A stretch of DNA of 64,000 nt from the human T2T-CHM13v2.0 reference genome, Homo sapiens: NCBI RefSeq assembly GCF_009914755.1, contig NC_060933.1; one strand, given 5' to 3'. Below are positions 15,463-29,752 of this stretch, piece by piece. The notes below the pieces were generated by a model, which was given only the letters and a program-made list of their open reading frames with translations, was not told the origin of the DNA and made no database searches. The first letter of the stretch is position 1, and each line of letters starts with the position of its first letter. A program made the position numbers and the translations under genes.

Positions 15463-18400
15463 GGGCGGCCAGCATCCCAGAACCTGCAAGTACTCTGCCA
15501 CAGACAATGATCACGCACCCTGCCATATGACACTGCTGCTGCTGCTGCTGGCACATGCGAACAAGGATGGATCCCACTGCCACCACCCATGAAATGCTTT
15601 GGCTGGCACCATCCATAGAGGTGTAGTGACCAGTGGTACAGGAGCATCTCAGCCTCAGTGCACTGGGTTCCTAACCTCAAGGAACCAAGAACAAAGTCAG
15701 GGTCCAATACCAGTCCCCCAGATTTAGAGCATGCAGTCCAGGAGTGGGGAGTTGAGCCTTGGTCCCCTAATATCTTCTAGAAACAAAGCCAGTCAACTGA
15801 AGCCACCTTATACCACCATCAAACCCTCAGGGTCATTAAATAAGGTAAAAGAAAAAAAAAACCATTCAAAGGAAAGCAGCTTCAAAGATTGAAGGAGCAT
15901 CAGCCCACAAAGATGAGAAAGAACCAGCACAAGAATTCTGACAACTTGAAAAGCCAGGGTGCCTTCTTCCCTCCAAACAACCATGCTAGCTCTCCATCGA
16001 GGGTTCTGAACCAGACTAAGATGGCTGAAATGACAGAAATAGAATTCAGAATATGGATAGAAATGAAGATCATTGAGATGGAGGAGTGTATTGAAACTCA
16101 ATCCAGGTAAACTAAGAATCACAATAAAATGATACAGGAGCTGACAGACAAAATAGTCAGTATAGAAAGAATATAACCAACCTGACAGAGCTGAAAAACA
16201 CACTACAAGAATTTTATAATGCAGTCACAAGTATTAATAGCAGAATAGACCAAGCAGAGGAAAGAATATCAGAACTTGAAGTCTAGCTTTCTAAGACAGG
16301 CAAGAATAGAGAAAAGAGAATGAAAATAAATGAACAAAACCTCTGAGAAATATGGGATTATGTAAAGAGACCAAATCTACTGCCTATTGGTTTCCTTGAA
16401 AGAGATGGGGAGAATGGAAGCAACTCAGAAAACATTTTTCAGGATATAATCCATGAGAACTTCTCAAACATAGTTAGAGAGGCCAACATTCAAATTCAGG
16501 AAATGCAGACAACCTCAGGAAGATGCTTTACAAGAAGATCATCCCGAAGACACGTAATCATCAGATTCTCCAAGGTTGAAATGAAAGAAAAAATGTTAAA
16601 GGTAGCAAGAAAAAAAGGTCAGGTCACCAACAAAGGGAAGCCCATCAGACTAACAGAAGAATGCTCAGCAGAAACCCTATAAACCAGAAGAGATTGGGGG
16701 CAATATTCAAAATTCTTAAAGAAAAGAAATTCCAACCAAGAATTTAATATCCAGCCAAACTAAGCTTCATAAGCAAAGGAGAAATAAGATCCTTTTCAGA
16801 AAAGCAAATGCTGAGGGAATTTATTACCACCCGACCTTCCTTACAAGAGCTTCTGAAGGAAGCACTAAATATGGAAAGACTGTTACCAGACACACTGCAA
16901 AAACACACTAAAGTACACAGACCAGTGACACTATAAATCAAACACACAAACAAATCAGCATAACAACCAGCTAACATCATGATGACAGGATCAAATCCAC
17001 ACATATCAATACTAACCTTGAATGTCAATGGGCTAAATGCCCCAATTAAAAAGCACAGAATGGCAAATTCAATAAAGAGCCAAGACCCTATGGTATGCTG
17101 TCTTCAAGAGACCCAGCTCACACACAATCACACTCATAGGCTCGAAATAAAGGGATGGAGAAAAATATACCAAGCAAATGGAAAACAGACAAAAGCAGAG
17201 GCTACAATCCTAATTATGGATGAATCAGACTTAAACCAACAAAGATTTTAAAAAGACAAAAAGGGCATTATATAATGGTAAAGGGTTCAATTCAACAAGA
17301 AGACCTAACTGTCCTAAATATATATGCACCCAACACAGGATCACCCAGATTCATTAAGTAAGTTCTTAGAGACTTTCCAAGAGACTTAGACTCCCACACA
17401 ATAATAGCAGAAGATTTCAACAACCGACTGACAGTACTAGATAGATCATCAAAGCAGAAAATTAACAAAGATATTCAGGACTTGAACTCAGCACTGGATC
17501 AAATGGACCTAATAGACATCTACAGAACTCTCCACCCAAAAATAACAGAATACACATTCTTCTCATCACCACATGGCATATACTCTAAAATTGAGACATA
17601 AAACAATCCTCCACGAATGCAAAAGAACTGAAATTATAACAACCACTCTTTCAGGCTACAGCACATTCAAATTAGAAATTGAGACTAAGAAAATTGCTCA
17701 AAACCATACAATTATATGGAAATTACATAACCTGTTCCTGAATGATATTCAGGAAAATAGTGAAATTGAGGCAGAAATAAAGAAGTTCTTTGAAACTAAT
17801 GAGAACAAATATACAACGTACCAGAATCTCTGGGAAGCAGCTAAAGCAGTGTTAAGAGGGAAATTTATAGTATTAAATGCCCACATCAAAAAGCTGGAAA
17901 GGTCTCAAGTTAACAACCTAACATCACAACTAAAAGAGCTAGAGAACCAAGAGTAAACCAACCCCAAAACTAGTAGAGGACAAGAAATAACCAAAATCAG
18001 AGCTGAACAAAAGGAGATTAAGACATGAAAAACCATTCAAAAGATCAACAAGTCCAAGAGTTGAGTTTTTGAAAAGAATTAATAGATAAAGCACTAGCTG
18101 GATTAATAAAGAAGAAAAGAGAGAAGATTCAAATAAACACAATTAGGAAAGACAAATAGGATGTTACCACTGATCCCACAGAAATACAAACAACCATCAG
18201 CAAATACTGTAACCTGGTCTATACATATAAACTAGAAGAAATAAATTCCTGAACACATACACTGTCCCAAGACTGAATCAGGAAGCAATTGAATCCTTGA
18301 ATAGACTGGTAATAAGCTCCAAAATTGAATCAGTAATAAATAGCCTACCAACTAAAAAAAAACTGAGGACCAGATGGATTCACAGCTGAATTCTACCAGA

Positions 18401-19831
18401 TGTACAAAGAGTTGTTACATCTCAATAAACTAGGTATTAAAGGAACATACCTCAAAATAATAAGAGCCATCTATGATAAACCTATAGTAAACATCATACT
18501 GAATGGGAAAAGCTGAAAGCATTCTCCTTGAAAACCAACACAAGACAAGGATGCCGTCTCTCACCACTCCTACTCAACATAGTATTGCAAGTCCTAGCCG
18601 GAGCAATCAGGCAAGAGAAAGAAATAAAGGGCATCCAAGAAGGAACAGAAGAAGACTATTCCTGTTTGCAGACAATATGATTATATATCTAGAAAACCCC
18701 ACAGTCTTGGCCCAAAAGCTCCTTAAGCTGATAAACAACTTTGGTGAAGTCTCAGGATACAAAATCAACATACAAAAATCATTTGTATTCCTACACGCCA
18801 ACAACAGTCAAGCTGCGAGCCAAATCAGGAATGCAGTCCCATTCACAATCACCCTAGAAAGAATAAGATACCTAGGAATACAGCTAACCAGGGAGGTGAA
18901 AGATCTCTACGATGAGAACTACAAAACACTACTCAAATCAGAGATGACACAGAAAATGCAACAACATTCCATGTTCACGGATGGAAAGAATCACCATTGT
19001 TTAAATGGCCACACTGTCCAAATCAATGTACAGATTCAAGGCTATTCCTATCAAACTACTGATGGCCTTCTTTACAGAACCAGGAAAAACTATTTTAAAT
19101 CTCACATGGAACCAAAAAAAGAGCCTAAATAGCAAAGGCTATCCTAAAACAAAAAGAACAAAGCTTGAGGCATTATGCTACTTGACTTCAAACTATACTA
19201 CAGGACTACAGTAACCAAAAAAACATAGTACAGGTACAAAAACAGACACACAGACCAATGGAATAGAATAGAGAGCCCAAAAATAAGATGGCATGCCTAC
19301 AACCATCTGATCTTCAACAAAGCTGGCAAAAACAAGCAATGGGGAAAGGATGCCCTATTCAATAAATGGTGCTGGGATAACTGGCTAGCCATATGCAAAA
19401 GATTGAAACTGGACCCCTTCCTTACATTATATATAAAAATCAAGTCGAGATGAATGAAAGACTTAAAGTAAAACACAAAACTATAAAAGCTCTGGAAGAT
19501 GACCTAGGTAATACCATTCTGGATATAGGAATGGGCAAAGAATTCATGATGAAGATGCCAAAAGCAATTGCAACACAAGCAAAAACTGACAAATGGGATC
19601 TAATTTAACTAAAGAGCTTCTGCACAGCAAAAGAAACTATCAACTGAGTAAACAGACAACCTATAGAATGGCAGAAAATTTTTGCAAACTAGTCACCTGA
19701 CAAAGGTCTAATATCCAGCATCTATGAGGAACTTAAACACATTTACAAGAAAAAAAAACAGCCCCATTAATAAGTGGGCAAAAAGCCAGCAGTTTACAGG
19801 GACTGCTGCTCTGGACAGCTACTGTTGCTGT

Positions 19832-19863
<32 letters not shown>

Positions 19864-20797
19864 ACACTGGGCCACCCCACCTATGGGATAGCCCTGATCT
19901 GTCTACGGAACACCCATTCTGCTGCACACTGCTACTCTAATAAACTTGCTTTATTTCAAAAAATATAAGTGGGCAAAGAGCATGAAAAGACACTTTTTAA
20001 AAGAAGACATACATGCAGCCAACAAACATATGGAAAAAGTTCAACATCACTGATCATTAGAGAAATGCAAATGAAAACCACAATGAGATACCATCTCACA
20101 CCATTCAGAATGGCTATTATCTAAAAGTCAAAAAATAACAGATGCTGGTGAGGTTGCAGAGAAAAAGGATGTTTATACGCTGTTGGTGGGAGTATAAATT
20201 GGTGCAACCATTGTGGAAAGAAGTGTGGTGATTCCTCAAAGACCTAAAAACAGAACTACCACTCAACCCAGCAATCCCATTACTGAGTAAACACCCAAAG
20301 GAATATAAATTGTTCTATTACAAAGACACATGCATGTGTATGTTCATTGCAGCACTATTCACAATAGCCAAGACATAGACTCAATCTAAATGCCCATGAA
20401 TGGCAGACTGGATAAAGAAAATGTGGTACATATACACCATGGAATACTATGCAGTCATAAAAAAGAATGAGATCATGTCCTTTGCAGGAACACATGTGGA
20501 ACTGGTGGTCATTATCCTTAGCAAACTAACACAGGAACAGAAAATCAAATACCACATGTTCTCACTTCTAAGTGGGACTAAATTATGGGAACATATAGGC
20601 ACAAAAAGGGGGACAACAGACACTGTGGCCTACCTGAGGGTGGAGGGCCAGAGAAGCGAAAGGAGCAGAAAAAATAACTATTGGATATTAGGCTCAGTAC
20701 CTGGGTCATGAAATAATCTGCACAACAAACTCTCATGACTTGAGTTTACCTATATAACAAACCTGCACATGTACCCCTGAACCTAAAATAAAAGTTT
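15463..20797 (+). mobile_element. Near full-length old primate L1 (L1PA13-16/L1PB-like), decayed, with internal deletion in the RT region (about 18415)
   Basis: ORF1-like peptides (15889-16110), ORF2 start MTGSNPHISILTLNVNGLN (16982), [13 protein letters not shown], 3' end gtacccctgaacctaaaataaaagtt. Confidence 0.9.
19783..19964 (+). mobile_element. TSD-flanked insertion of an LTR-like polyadenylated RNA end containing (CTG)8
   Basis: TSD ataagtgggcaaa at 19770-19782 and 19965-19977; AATAAA at 19939-19944; short A tail. Confidence 0.8.
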
Positions 20798-20799
20798 AA

Positions 20800-20914
20800 A
20801 TTTTTTTTTTTTTTGAGATGGAGTCTTGCTCTGTCACCCAGGCTGGAGTGCAGTGGCACGATCTTGGCTCACTGCAAGCTCTGCCTCTCGGGTTCACCCC
20901 ATTCTCCTGCCTCA
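20800..20914 (-). mobile_element. Alu right-arm fragment joined directly to an L1 ORF2 fragment (20915-21330)
   Basis: Poly(T)-gagatggagtcttgctctgtcacccagg...cctgcctca, then aacaaatacttctcaaaagaagacata (L1). Confidence 0.85.
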
Positions 20915-22109
20915 ACAAATACTTCTCAAAAGAAGACATACAAGTGGCCAAAAAACATATTAAAAAATGTTCAACATCACCAATCATCAGAGAAATGCAC
21001 ATTAAAATCACAGTGAGATATCATCTGACACCAGTTCAGAATGGCAATTATTAAAAAGTAAAAGAATAACAGATGCTGGCGAAGCTTCAGAGAAAAGGGA
21101 ATGCTCACACGTGGTTGGTGGAAATGTAAATTAGTTCAGCCAATGTGGAAAACAGTCTGGGGATTTTTCAAAGAACTTAAAACAGAACTACCATTCAACT
21201 CAGCAATCCCGCTACTGGTTATATATCCACAGGAAAATAATTCATTCTGTTAAAAAGACACATGTGCTCCTATGTTCATCACAACACTATTCACAATAGC
21301 AAAGACATGGAATCAACCTAGGGGCCCATCTTTCCCCTCATTCCATACCCGTACTTCCACTGCCTCATTTTTCCCCCATTGAACTATTTATATTCTTCAA
21401 GTACACTCCTTCAAGCATTTGGTTTTAGTCTTCCCCTCCCTCTTCCATCAGGGTAATCCTGTACCACTCTCCCCATCCAGTCCTGTGATCTTTACTTTGA
21501 TTCATTTCTTCGTTGGCTAAAATACTGACTGAGGTAGGCAGAATGATAACCATCCAAAGGTGTCCACATCAGAATCCCTGGAACCTGGGAAGAGTGACCG
21601 GTGCCACTGCTGAGCAGCCATGTAGATAAGCCAGATTGTCTCGCCCAGCCTCAGTTTTTCTCATCTGTACAACTGGGGAAGTAAAATCTACATCTCAGAG
21701 AGATTGTGAGGCTCAGAAAAGCTAATGGATTCAAAAGAATTTTGTGAGCTGTAAAGAGCTATACAGACACACAAGACATGCATTGTGTATTTGATGTCCT
21801 TCAGTATGAAATCTAGTAATAAACTCTTTCTGCGATTTAGTTCCAGGGAAAACCTATCTCTGACAAAAAAAAACTTTTTAAGTGTCATGTGGTCCCTACT
21901 CTCAGAAATGGAAGATGATAACTTCAATAGGCAGGGCTCTTTTATAGCAAACGATGAAGCCCTATGTTCAAATAATTTAAGACGAAAGGAGGATTTATTG
22001 TCTCATGTGACTGGAATAGGTCTGGAGTGAGGCAGGACTTAAGAATGACTGGTACTGAGGGCCACCTCAGCCATTCTCTTCCCCCTATTTGCTCCCCTTT
22101 GTGTCTCTT

Positions 22110-22271
22110 TGCATATTGGCTTGTTCTCTCCAACTGCACATGCTTTCCCCACATGCAGAGGAACATGGCTTTCACACTCTTCAAATTCTCTGCATATTGG
22201 CTTGTTCTCTCCACCTGCACATGCTTTCCCCACATGCAGAGGAACATGGCTTTCACACTCTTCAAATTCTC
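22110..22271. repeat. 81-bp direct tandem duplication (2 copies, 1 mismatch)
   Basis: tgcatattggcttgttctctcca(a/c)ctgcac...caaattctc starts at 22110 and 22191. Confidence 0.95.
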
Positions 22272-22522
22272 TTCAGCTCAGTAGCCCCAGGAAAAATCCA
22301 CTTTCACACTAAAACATCTTGGGGCATCTTTGAGCTAAAACATCCTTTAGTCATAAGGATAGTCATAACATGGATCATATGTTAGGTCAGAAAGCAAGTC
22401 TCAATAAATTTCTAAAAATTTAAATCACACGTATCTTCTCTGACTACAATGGAATGAAGCTAGAAATCAACAGAAGGAAAACTAGAAAATTCACAAATAT
22501 ATGGAAATCAAACAACACTCTT

Positions 22523-22983
22523 TTTTTAGGGTTTGAATTTTTTATTATTATACTTTAAGTTCTAGGGTACTTGTGCACAACGTGCAGGTTTGTTACATAG
22601 GTATACATGTGCCATGTTGGTTTGCTGCACGCATCAACTCATCATTTACATTAGGTATTTATCCTAATGCTATCCCTCCCCCAGCCCTCCACCCGGCAAC
22701 AGGCCCCAGTGTGATGTTCCCCTCCCTTTATCCATGTTCAACTCCCACTTATGAGTGAGAACATGTGGTGTTTGGTTTTCTGTCCTTGTGATATTTTGCT
22801 GAGAATGATGGTTTCCAGCTTCATCCATGTCCCTGCAAAGGACATGAACTCATCCTTTTTCATGGCTGCATAGTATTCCATGGTGTATATGTGCCACATT
22901 TTCTTTATCCAGTCTATTATTGATAGACACTTGGGTTGGTTCCAAGTCTTTACTATTGTGAATAGTGCCGCAATAAATGTACG
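22523..22983 (-). mobile_element. 5'-truncated L1PA6-like 3' end inserted in an older L1M fragment (about 22365-23300)
   Basis: tatactttaagttctagggtac...; approximate TSD caaacaa(tg)cactctt on both sides. Confidence 0.88.
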
Positions 22984-24595
22984 CAAACAATGCACTCTTA
23001 AACAACCAATAGGTCAAAGAAGAAATCACAAGGAAAATCAGAAAATACTAAGAAATGAATAAAAGCAAAACACAACATACCAAAAGCAAACCATACCATA
23101 TGGGATGTAGTGAAAGCAGTGCGGAGAGTGAAATGTATAGCAATAAACCCCTACATTAAAAAAAGAAAGATGTCAAATTAATAACTGTACACCTTAAGAG
23201 ACTAGAAAAAGAATAGCAAAATAGATCCAAAGCTCACAGAAAGAAATAATAAAGATAAGGCAGAAATAAATGAAATAGAGAACAGCAAAATGAATTTTTT
23301 AGCCAAGGAAATAATATTTGCATGTTAACTTTTTCCAATATCCATTTTCCCCTTCTTTCTGAAACCTCCATTTTTGAGCTGGGTATATTGCTGCCTAGCT
23401 AACAGCATTTCCCAGCCTCCTCTGCAACTAGATGTGGCCATGTGTCCAAGTTCTGATCCATGAGATGTAAGCAGAAGAGTTCTGAAGTGTTTCTGGAAAC
23501 TATTAAAAGGGAGAGGCTTCTCTTTTCTCCTCGCTTTCCTCCTTTTTACTGCTCGGAATGTGGATGCAATGGCAAGAACTCCAGCAGTGATCTGTACTAT
23601 GAAGCAGCTTTGGGAATGGGAGCTACATATGGTAGAGGAAAAAGACAGAGACAGCCTGAGTCCCTGATATCATGTCTCTTCCTTACCAGCCTTGAACTTC
23701 CTCCTCCAGCCAGAGAGAGACAGAGAGCAAAAGAGGGAATAAGAGAGCACCACAATGATGGGGAAGATTGAGAAGACAGTCTGGGAGGAATTGGTTTTCA
23801 AATCTATCCTGAACCTCTAAACTTTATTCATAGAAGTCAGAGCCAGACTTGATTGTAAAAGTAGCAGTTAATGTAACTGTAGCCTCTGTCAGAGATTTCT
23901 TCAAACCCCTCAGCAGAGGAGCAGCTTATATTGAAGATCAAGCCTGCCTTTATGTGGAATTGCTTTCTCTCCCTTTCTTGGTAGTTTTCAGGACCCAGTG
24001 CAAAATGAAAATGTGAGACCCATTCCCTGGTTCAAAGAGTGTTAAGAAATTTAGGACAGTGACAGAAGAGCATTAAACCAAGCCCTGGGCCCTTCTGAAC
24101 ACAGGAAGTACACTCTTGAAGCTAATCCTGGCACCAAGCAGTCTAACTACTGCAAAACTAAAACCTTATTTAATAAGATAAAGAAGTCAGGGTCATTATT
24201 ATCTCCATTTTATAAATGGGGAAACTGAGGCACAGAGCTATCTACCTAACGTCATACAACTAGTAAGTGGTAAGCAGAGATTTAAACTCAGGCACTAACT
24301 CCAAAGCCCATTATCTTAACCTGACATCCACCTTCTCCATTTTATGCCCTGTAACAAACAAAAACTTCCATGCATTCCATGGCTTCACCATGCCTAGAGG
24401 TTAAAGAACTTACCCAAAGTCACACAGCTGGTGAGCTAGAGCTGGGATACAATGTGAGATAATGTGTCTTCAAAGCTCACCTCTTCACCTCTACACCAGA
24501 GTTCAGATCCTGACTTACCACTTATCTCACCCCCACCCTCTTACTTATATCTTTTTACAAAAGTAAAAATTGAAGCTCACCCAGAAATAGATCCA

Positions 24596-24983
24596 TGTCT
24601 TAATCTGTTTTCTGTTGCTTATAACAGAATACCTGAAATTCAGTAATTTGCAAAGAAAATGAATTTATTTCTTACAGTTATGGAGGCTGAGAAGTCCAAG
24701 GTCGAGGGGCCACATCTGATGAGGGCTTTCTCACAGGTGGGGACTCTGCAGAATCCTGAGGCAATGCAGGGCATCACAGGGCAAGGGAGCTGAGCATCCT
24801 ACATCAGGTGCCTCTTCCTCTTCTTAAAAAGCCACCAGTCCCACTCTTGTGATAACCCATCAATCAATTAGCCCACTGATCCATGAATGAATTAATTCAT
24901 TTACCTCTTAAAGGCCACATTTCTCAACAGTGTCACATTGGGGATTAAATTTCAACATGAGTTGAAAGATTCAAACCATAGAA
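24596..24983. mobile_element. MaLR solo LTR (MST/MLT1A-like)
   Basis: tttatttcttacagttatggaggctgagaagtccaaggtc...ggggattaaatttcaacatgag...ttcaaaccatag hallmark MaLR motifs. Confidence 0.8.
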
Positions 24984-24984
24984 A

Positions 24985-26830
24985 ACCACAAAAATATAGT
25001 CAACTAATCTTTGACAAAAGAAGTAAAGGTAATATAATGGAGAAAAGATAGGCTTTTCAACAACTGGTTCTGGAACAACTGGACATCCACATGCAAAACA
25101 AATGAATCTAGATACAGACCTTACACTCTTCACAGTAATTGACTCAAAATGGATCATAGCCCTGATGCAAAATGTAAACCAATAAAACTCATAGAAGAGA
25201 ACATAAGAGAAAACCCAGATGACCTTGAGTATGGCAGTTACTTTTTAGATACAACACCAAAGGCAAGATTCATGAAAGAAATAATTAATACGGTATAATT
25301 AATTAAAATTAAAAACTTCTACTCTGAGAAAGACACTTTCAAGAGAATGAGAAGACGATCCACAGACTGGGTGAAATATTCGCAAAAGACATATCTGGTA
25401 AAGGACTATTATCCAAAATATACTAAGATCTCTTAAAACTCAACAACGAGAAAATGAGTAATTCAATTGAGACCTAAACAGACACCATACCAAAGAAGAC
25501 ACACAGATGGTTATCAAACATATAAAAAATGTTCCACATCATGTGTCGTTAGGGAAATTCAAATGAAAACAACAATGAGATATCACTGCACAGCTATTAG
25601 AATGACCAAATCAGAACACTGACAACACCAAATGCTGATAAAGACGTGGAGCAACAGGAATTCTCCTTCATTGCTGGTGAGAATGCAAAATGACAAAGTC
25701 ACTTTGGAAGACAGTTTGACAATTTCTCACAAAACTAAACATACTCTTACCATATGATCCAGCAATCATGTTCCTTTGTATTTATGCAAATAAGATGAAA
25801 ATTTATGTTCACACAAAAACCTTCACAGACGTTTTAGCAGCTTTACTCATAGTCACCAAAACGTGGAAGCAACCAAGTTGTCCTTCGACATGTAAGTGAA
25901 CAAGTAAACTGTGGCACTTCTAGACTATAAAATATGATTCAGTGCTAAAAAGAAATGAGCTATCAAGCATTGAAAAGATACGGAAGAACATTAAATGCAT
26001 ATTACTACATGAAAAAAAGCCAAGGTGAAAAATCAATTATACTGCATGATTCCAACTAAATGACATTTTAGAAAAGGCAAAAATATGGAGACAGTAAAAA
26101 GATCAGTAGTTGCTAAGGGCTAGAGGGAGAGAAGGATGAACAGGTGAAGCACACGGGATTTTTAGGGCAGTAAAACTATTCTATATGATACTATATAACA
26201 GTGGGTACATGTCATTATACATTTGTCAAAACCTGTAGAATGTATAACATTGAGTGAACCCTAATGTAAACTATGGTCTTGGGTGATAATGATATGTCAA
26301 TACAGATGCTCCTCCACTTATGATGGAGCTATACCCCAATAAGCCAATTGTAAATTGAGAATATCATATGTCAAAAATGCATTTAATACACCTAACCTAC
26401 CGGTCATCATAGCTTAGCCTAGCCTACCTTAAATGTGCTAACACATACGTTAGCCTACAGTTGGCAAGATCATCTAACACAAAGCCTGCTTTATAACAAA
26501 ACATTGAATATCTCATGTAATTAATTGCATGCTGTACTGAAAGTGAAAAAAGAGAATGATTATATAGGTACTTGAAGTACGGTTTCTACTGAACATGGAT
26601 CATTCACAGTATCATAAAGAAAAATTTTAAGATGAACCATCGTAAGTTGGGGACCATTGTATAAGCTTATAAATTGTAGTAAATGTTATGTTCTAGCAGT
26701 GGGTAGATCGTGGGAGAGGCTATGTGCATATGGGAGCAGGGAATTAATGAGAACTGTCTTTACTCTCTGATCAAGTGTGTTGTGAATGTAAAACTTCTAA
26801 AAAAATAAAATCTATTTGAATGGAAAAAGC
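24985..26830 (+). mobile_element. Old L1MC-like 3' portion
   Basis: Degenerate ORF2 C-terminus and L1MC 3' UTR (gtgaaccctaatgtaaactatgg...aaaataaaatctatt). Confidence 0.75.
26303..26659 (+). mobile_element. MER47A-like Tigger-derived DNA transposon
   Basis: TA|cagatgctcctccacttatgatgg ... catcgtaagttggggaccattg|TA: terminal inverted repeats with TA duplication; internal catcatagcttagcctagcctaccttaaa. Confidence 0.82.
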
Positions 26831-29624
26831 AGAAAAAAGGAAATATCTTTCTAAAGCTTATGATTACTGTGCCATTTACAGATGAGGACAATGTGGGTTA
26901 GTGAGGCTAAATAACTTGCCCAAATTCACCCATTTGGTAACTGGGGGAACTGGGATTCAAATATGACTAGTCTGGCTTAAGACATTGAAGTAACAAAATG
27001 TTTAAGAAAGGCAGACACAACAAAACAAATTAAGGCTCAGAAACCTGTGTAGTATTTGCAAAAGCTACACAGCTTGTAAGATGCGAGTCAGCATCAGAAT
27101 CCAATTAGTCTGGCTCCTGGGCCTGCACCTCCAACCCCTTTCCAATAACACTACAGGTGCACCTAGACACAGTCACACATGCAGACACAAAACCTCAGCG
27201 ATATCAGAGGCCATTACCTCTCCTTCCAGGTAGGTGCACATAAGCATAAACACAGATATGCACAAGAGTACACATATGTACATCGAATACATACATATGC
27301 ATAAACATATATGCATACATGTGTGCATGCACACATCACCCTTACTGCTACATGGCTCTAATTCCCTTCCCAGGTGTAAGAAGCTACATCTCTGGAGCCC
27401 AGTTTTCCCACAGAGCTCAGTGAGGGCATCAGTGATGTTCCCCGCCAACCCCGCCCCTGCAATTCCCTGGGAAGACCACAGGACCAATCCTCACAGGGCT
27501 CTGGCATGCAGAGACGACAGGCGCCTGTGTCTCCCTTTTTATTACAATTCCCACCATAGATAAGGAAGAACTATCACATTTCTGAGGCTCGATCTGTACT
27601 TCAAGAAGCCTCCTTCAGAGATTCAGAGCCTGATCTTAACCCCATGGCAGATCCCGAAGTCTTTTTAGGCCCCTGAATCTCCTTTGTCAAGCCCACAGGT
27701 AGGCACACTGAGGGGACTTGATAATGGGAACTGTGGAGTCAATATCTTCAGGTGATCTTCTTCCCTTTTCCTTATCCTGTTTTTCTCTCCTCCATCTCAA
27801 AAGCCAGGAAACACAGTCTTTCTCTATATTTTTTCCTCTCTCTCTTTTTGGTCAAATATCAAACATTTGAAATATCTACTTTGTTCAAGACACTTTCTCC
27901 TGTCCTCAAAGGGCACAGCCAACATTCTGCAACTCAAGAGCCACAGAGTTATCACCTCCAGGAAACCAGGTCAACAGAGGAACAAGTGAACAAGATAGGG
28001 CAATGCAGAGGCTGAGAGCACACACTCTGGGAATGTAATCCACCACCCTCTGGCTGTGTGTTCTTAGGCAAGTCACTTCAGTTCTGTACCTCATTTGTGT
28101 TATCTGTAAAATGGAGTTGTTGTAAAGACTAAATGACTTAGTGTATGTCAAGTTTGTCGAGCAGTACCTAGCAATAACAGAAAGGCAAACTTCCACTCGT
28201 GATGTGGAAGAATTTCCTAACCCAGAGGTGTTCCACCCAAGGACTGGGCCCCTCCAGATATTGTGAGCTCCTTGTCTCTAGAATCACGGAAATTGAACAG
28301 TCGCTTTCCTAGGATGCTAAAATGATGAAGGTGAAAGGCAGAGGGGTCTAAAACCTCATGACATCTGAGCAAAACTCTCTGAGAATCCACAGCCCCTTCC
28401 TTAGGACTCGGGATACTTAATCTGTAATAGCTGTATTAGCAGTTGCACTTATAAATACTGGCTGATCACAGGTAGGGGAGGCACCAGGAAGAACTAATAG
28501 CTTGAGAGTTTAATTCATTGAATTATTGAGAGAGAGAAGCAGAGGTAGGCATCCAGAAAATCAGTGATTCCCAGGAGAAGAAAGACAGAAACAAAAGTGG
28601 GGCAGAAGCTAGCTGAGGACAACCTGAGCTGGATGAACTGGGTTCAATTATTGATCTGAGGGACCTACAGTGCCCAGAAGAACTTTCAACCTAAACTAAG
28701 TAGGAAATAAGAAATTAGGCTGAGATACCACCTTCTCTGAAGCAAGAGACATGAGGTAAACCTCTAATTTGACAAAGAAGACATTTCAGAGAACTGAAAA
28801 GAGAAGAAGCCAGCCTAGAAAGGACCTGCAGAATCCCCAAGTGGAACATATCTCTGTAGGGGGTCTATGCACCCAACACTGCCAATCTGCTTGCCTTACT
28901 GCTGGAAGAGAAAAGACAGTAAGCAAGAAGAGGCTGGAATCCCAAAACGTGGACCCAGAAGACATCCAGAGATCTTAAGGTCAGGTGTTGATGTTGCAAA
29001 ATCAGAGGGCTGTTGTTTATTCAAGATCTGACAAAGCTGTAGTCCTAAGTCATAGCCTGTCATCTCTGAAGGCAAGAAACAGAGAAGAACACATGGCTTT
29101 GTGGAATTGGAGGCAGAAATGCGTGTAGGAAGGAAGGAAATCAAAAGGATCCCAATATGTAGGAGCAAAGGATAGGGTGGAAGGAGTGGGTCAGCAAGGA
29201 GGCTGAAGGCACTTGGCAATAAGATGGCCTCTGTTGACAGAGGACACACCAGCTTAGTTCTCTACTGCACATGTACAGTTTGGGGAAGAGGTGTGATAGA
29301 GCAGTTTAAAACACATAATTTACAGTCAGTGTGCCCAGGTTTGAACCCTAGATACACCACTCACCAGCTCTGTGACTCTCTGAACTTCAGTCTCCTTTGT
29401 TGTAAAGGGCAAAATAATGGTACTTCAAACGTAGTGTAATTGTGAGGATTAAATGAAACAAGTGGTAAGCACAGACTCTGTCTAATAAATGTTAGCTGCA
29501 TTTTTCCAGTTTAGTCAATTCTCTACTGTCCTTGCTCATTCAGGGGAGTAGGTGCATGGATAACAAGTAGCTTTCCACCAGGATACTGCCCACCCAGCAT
29601 CCCAATTTGGGAAGTGCATTGTGT

Positions 29625-29752
29625 GCTGACAATGTGTACTCCCCGGTTTCATTTGGGCTGTCAGTGCATACTCCCTGGTTTCATTTGGGCTGTCAGTGTG
29701 TACTCCCTGGTTTCATTTGGGCTGACAATGTGTACTCCCTGGTTTCATTGGG
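29625..29752. repeat. 32-bp minisatellite, 4 copies
   Basis: ctg(t/a)ca(g/a)tgtgtactccctggtttcatttggg; tact anchors at 29637, 29669, 29701, 29733. Confidence 0.92.

Noticed and set aside
21942-22385. Several overlapping ORFs with repeated peptides
   Set aside because: Artefact of the 81-bp tandem duplication
29625-29752. CRISPR-like periodicity
   Set aside because: Contiguous units with no unique spacers in a eukaryotic context; it is a minisatellite
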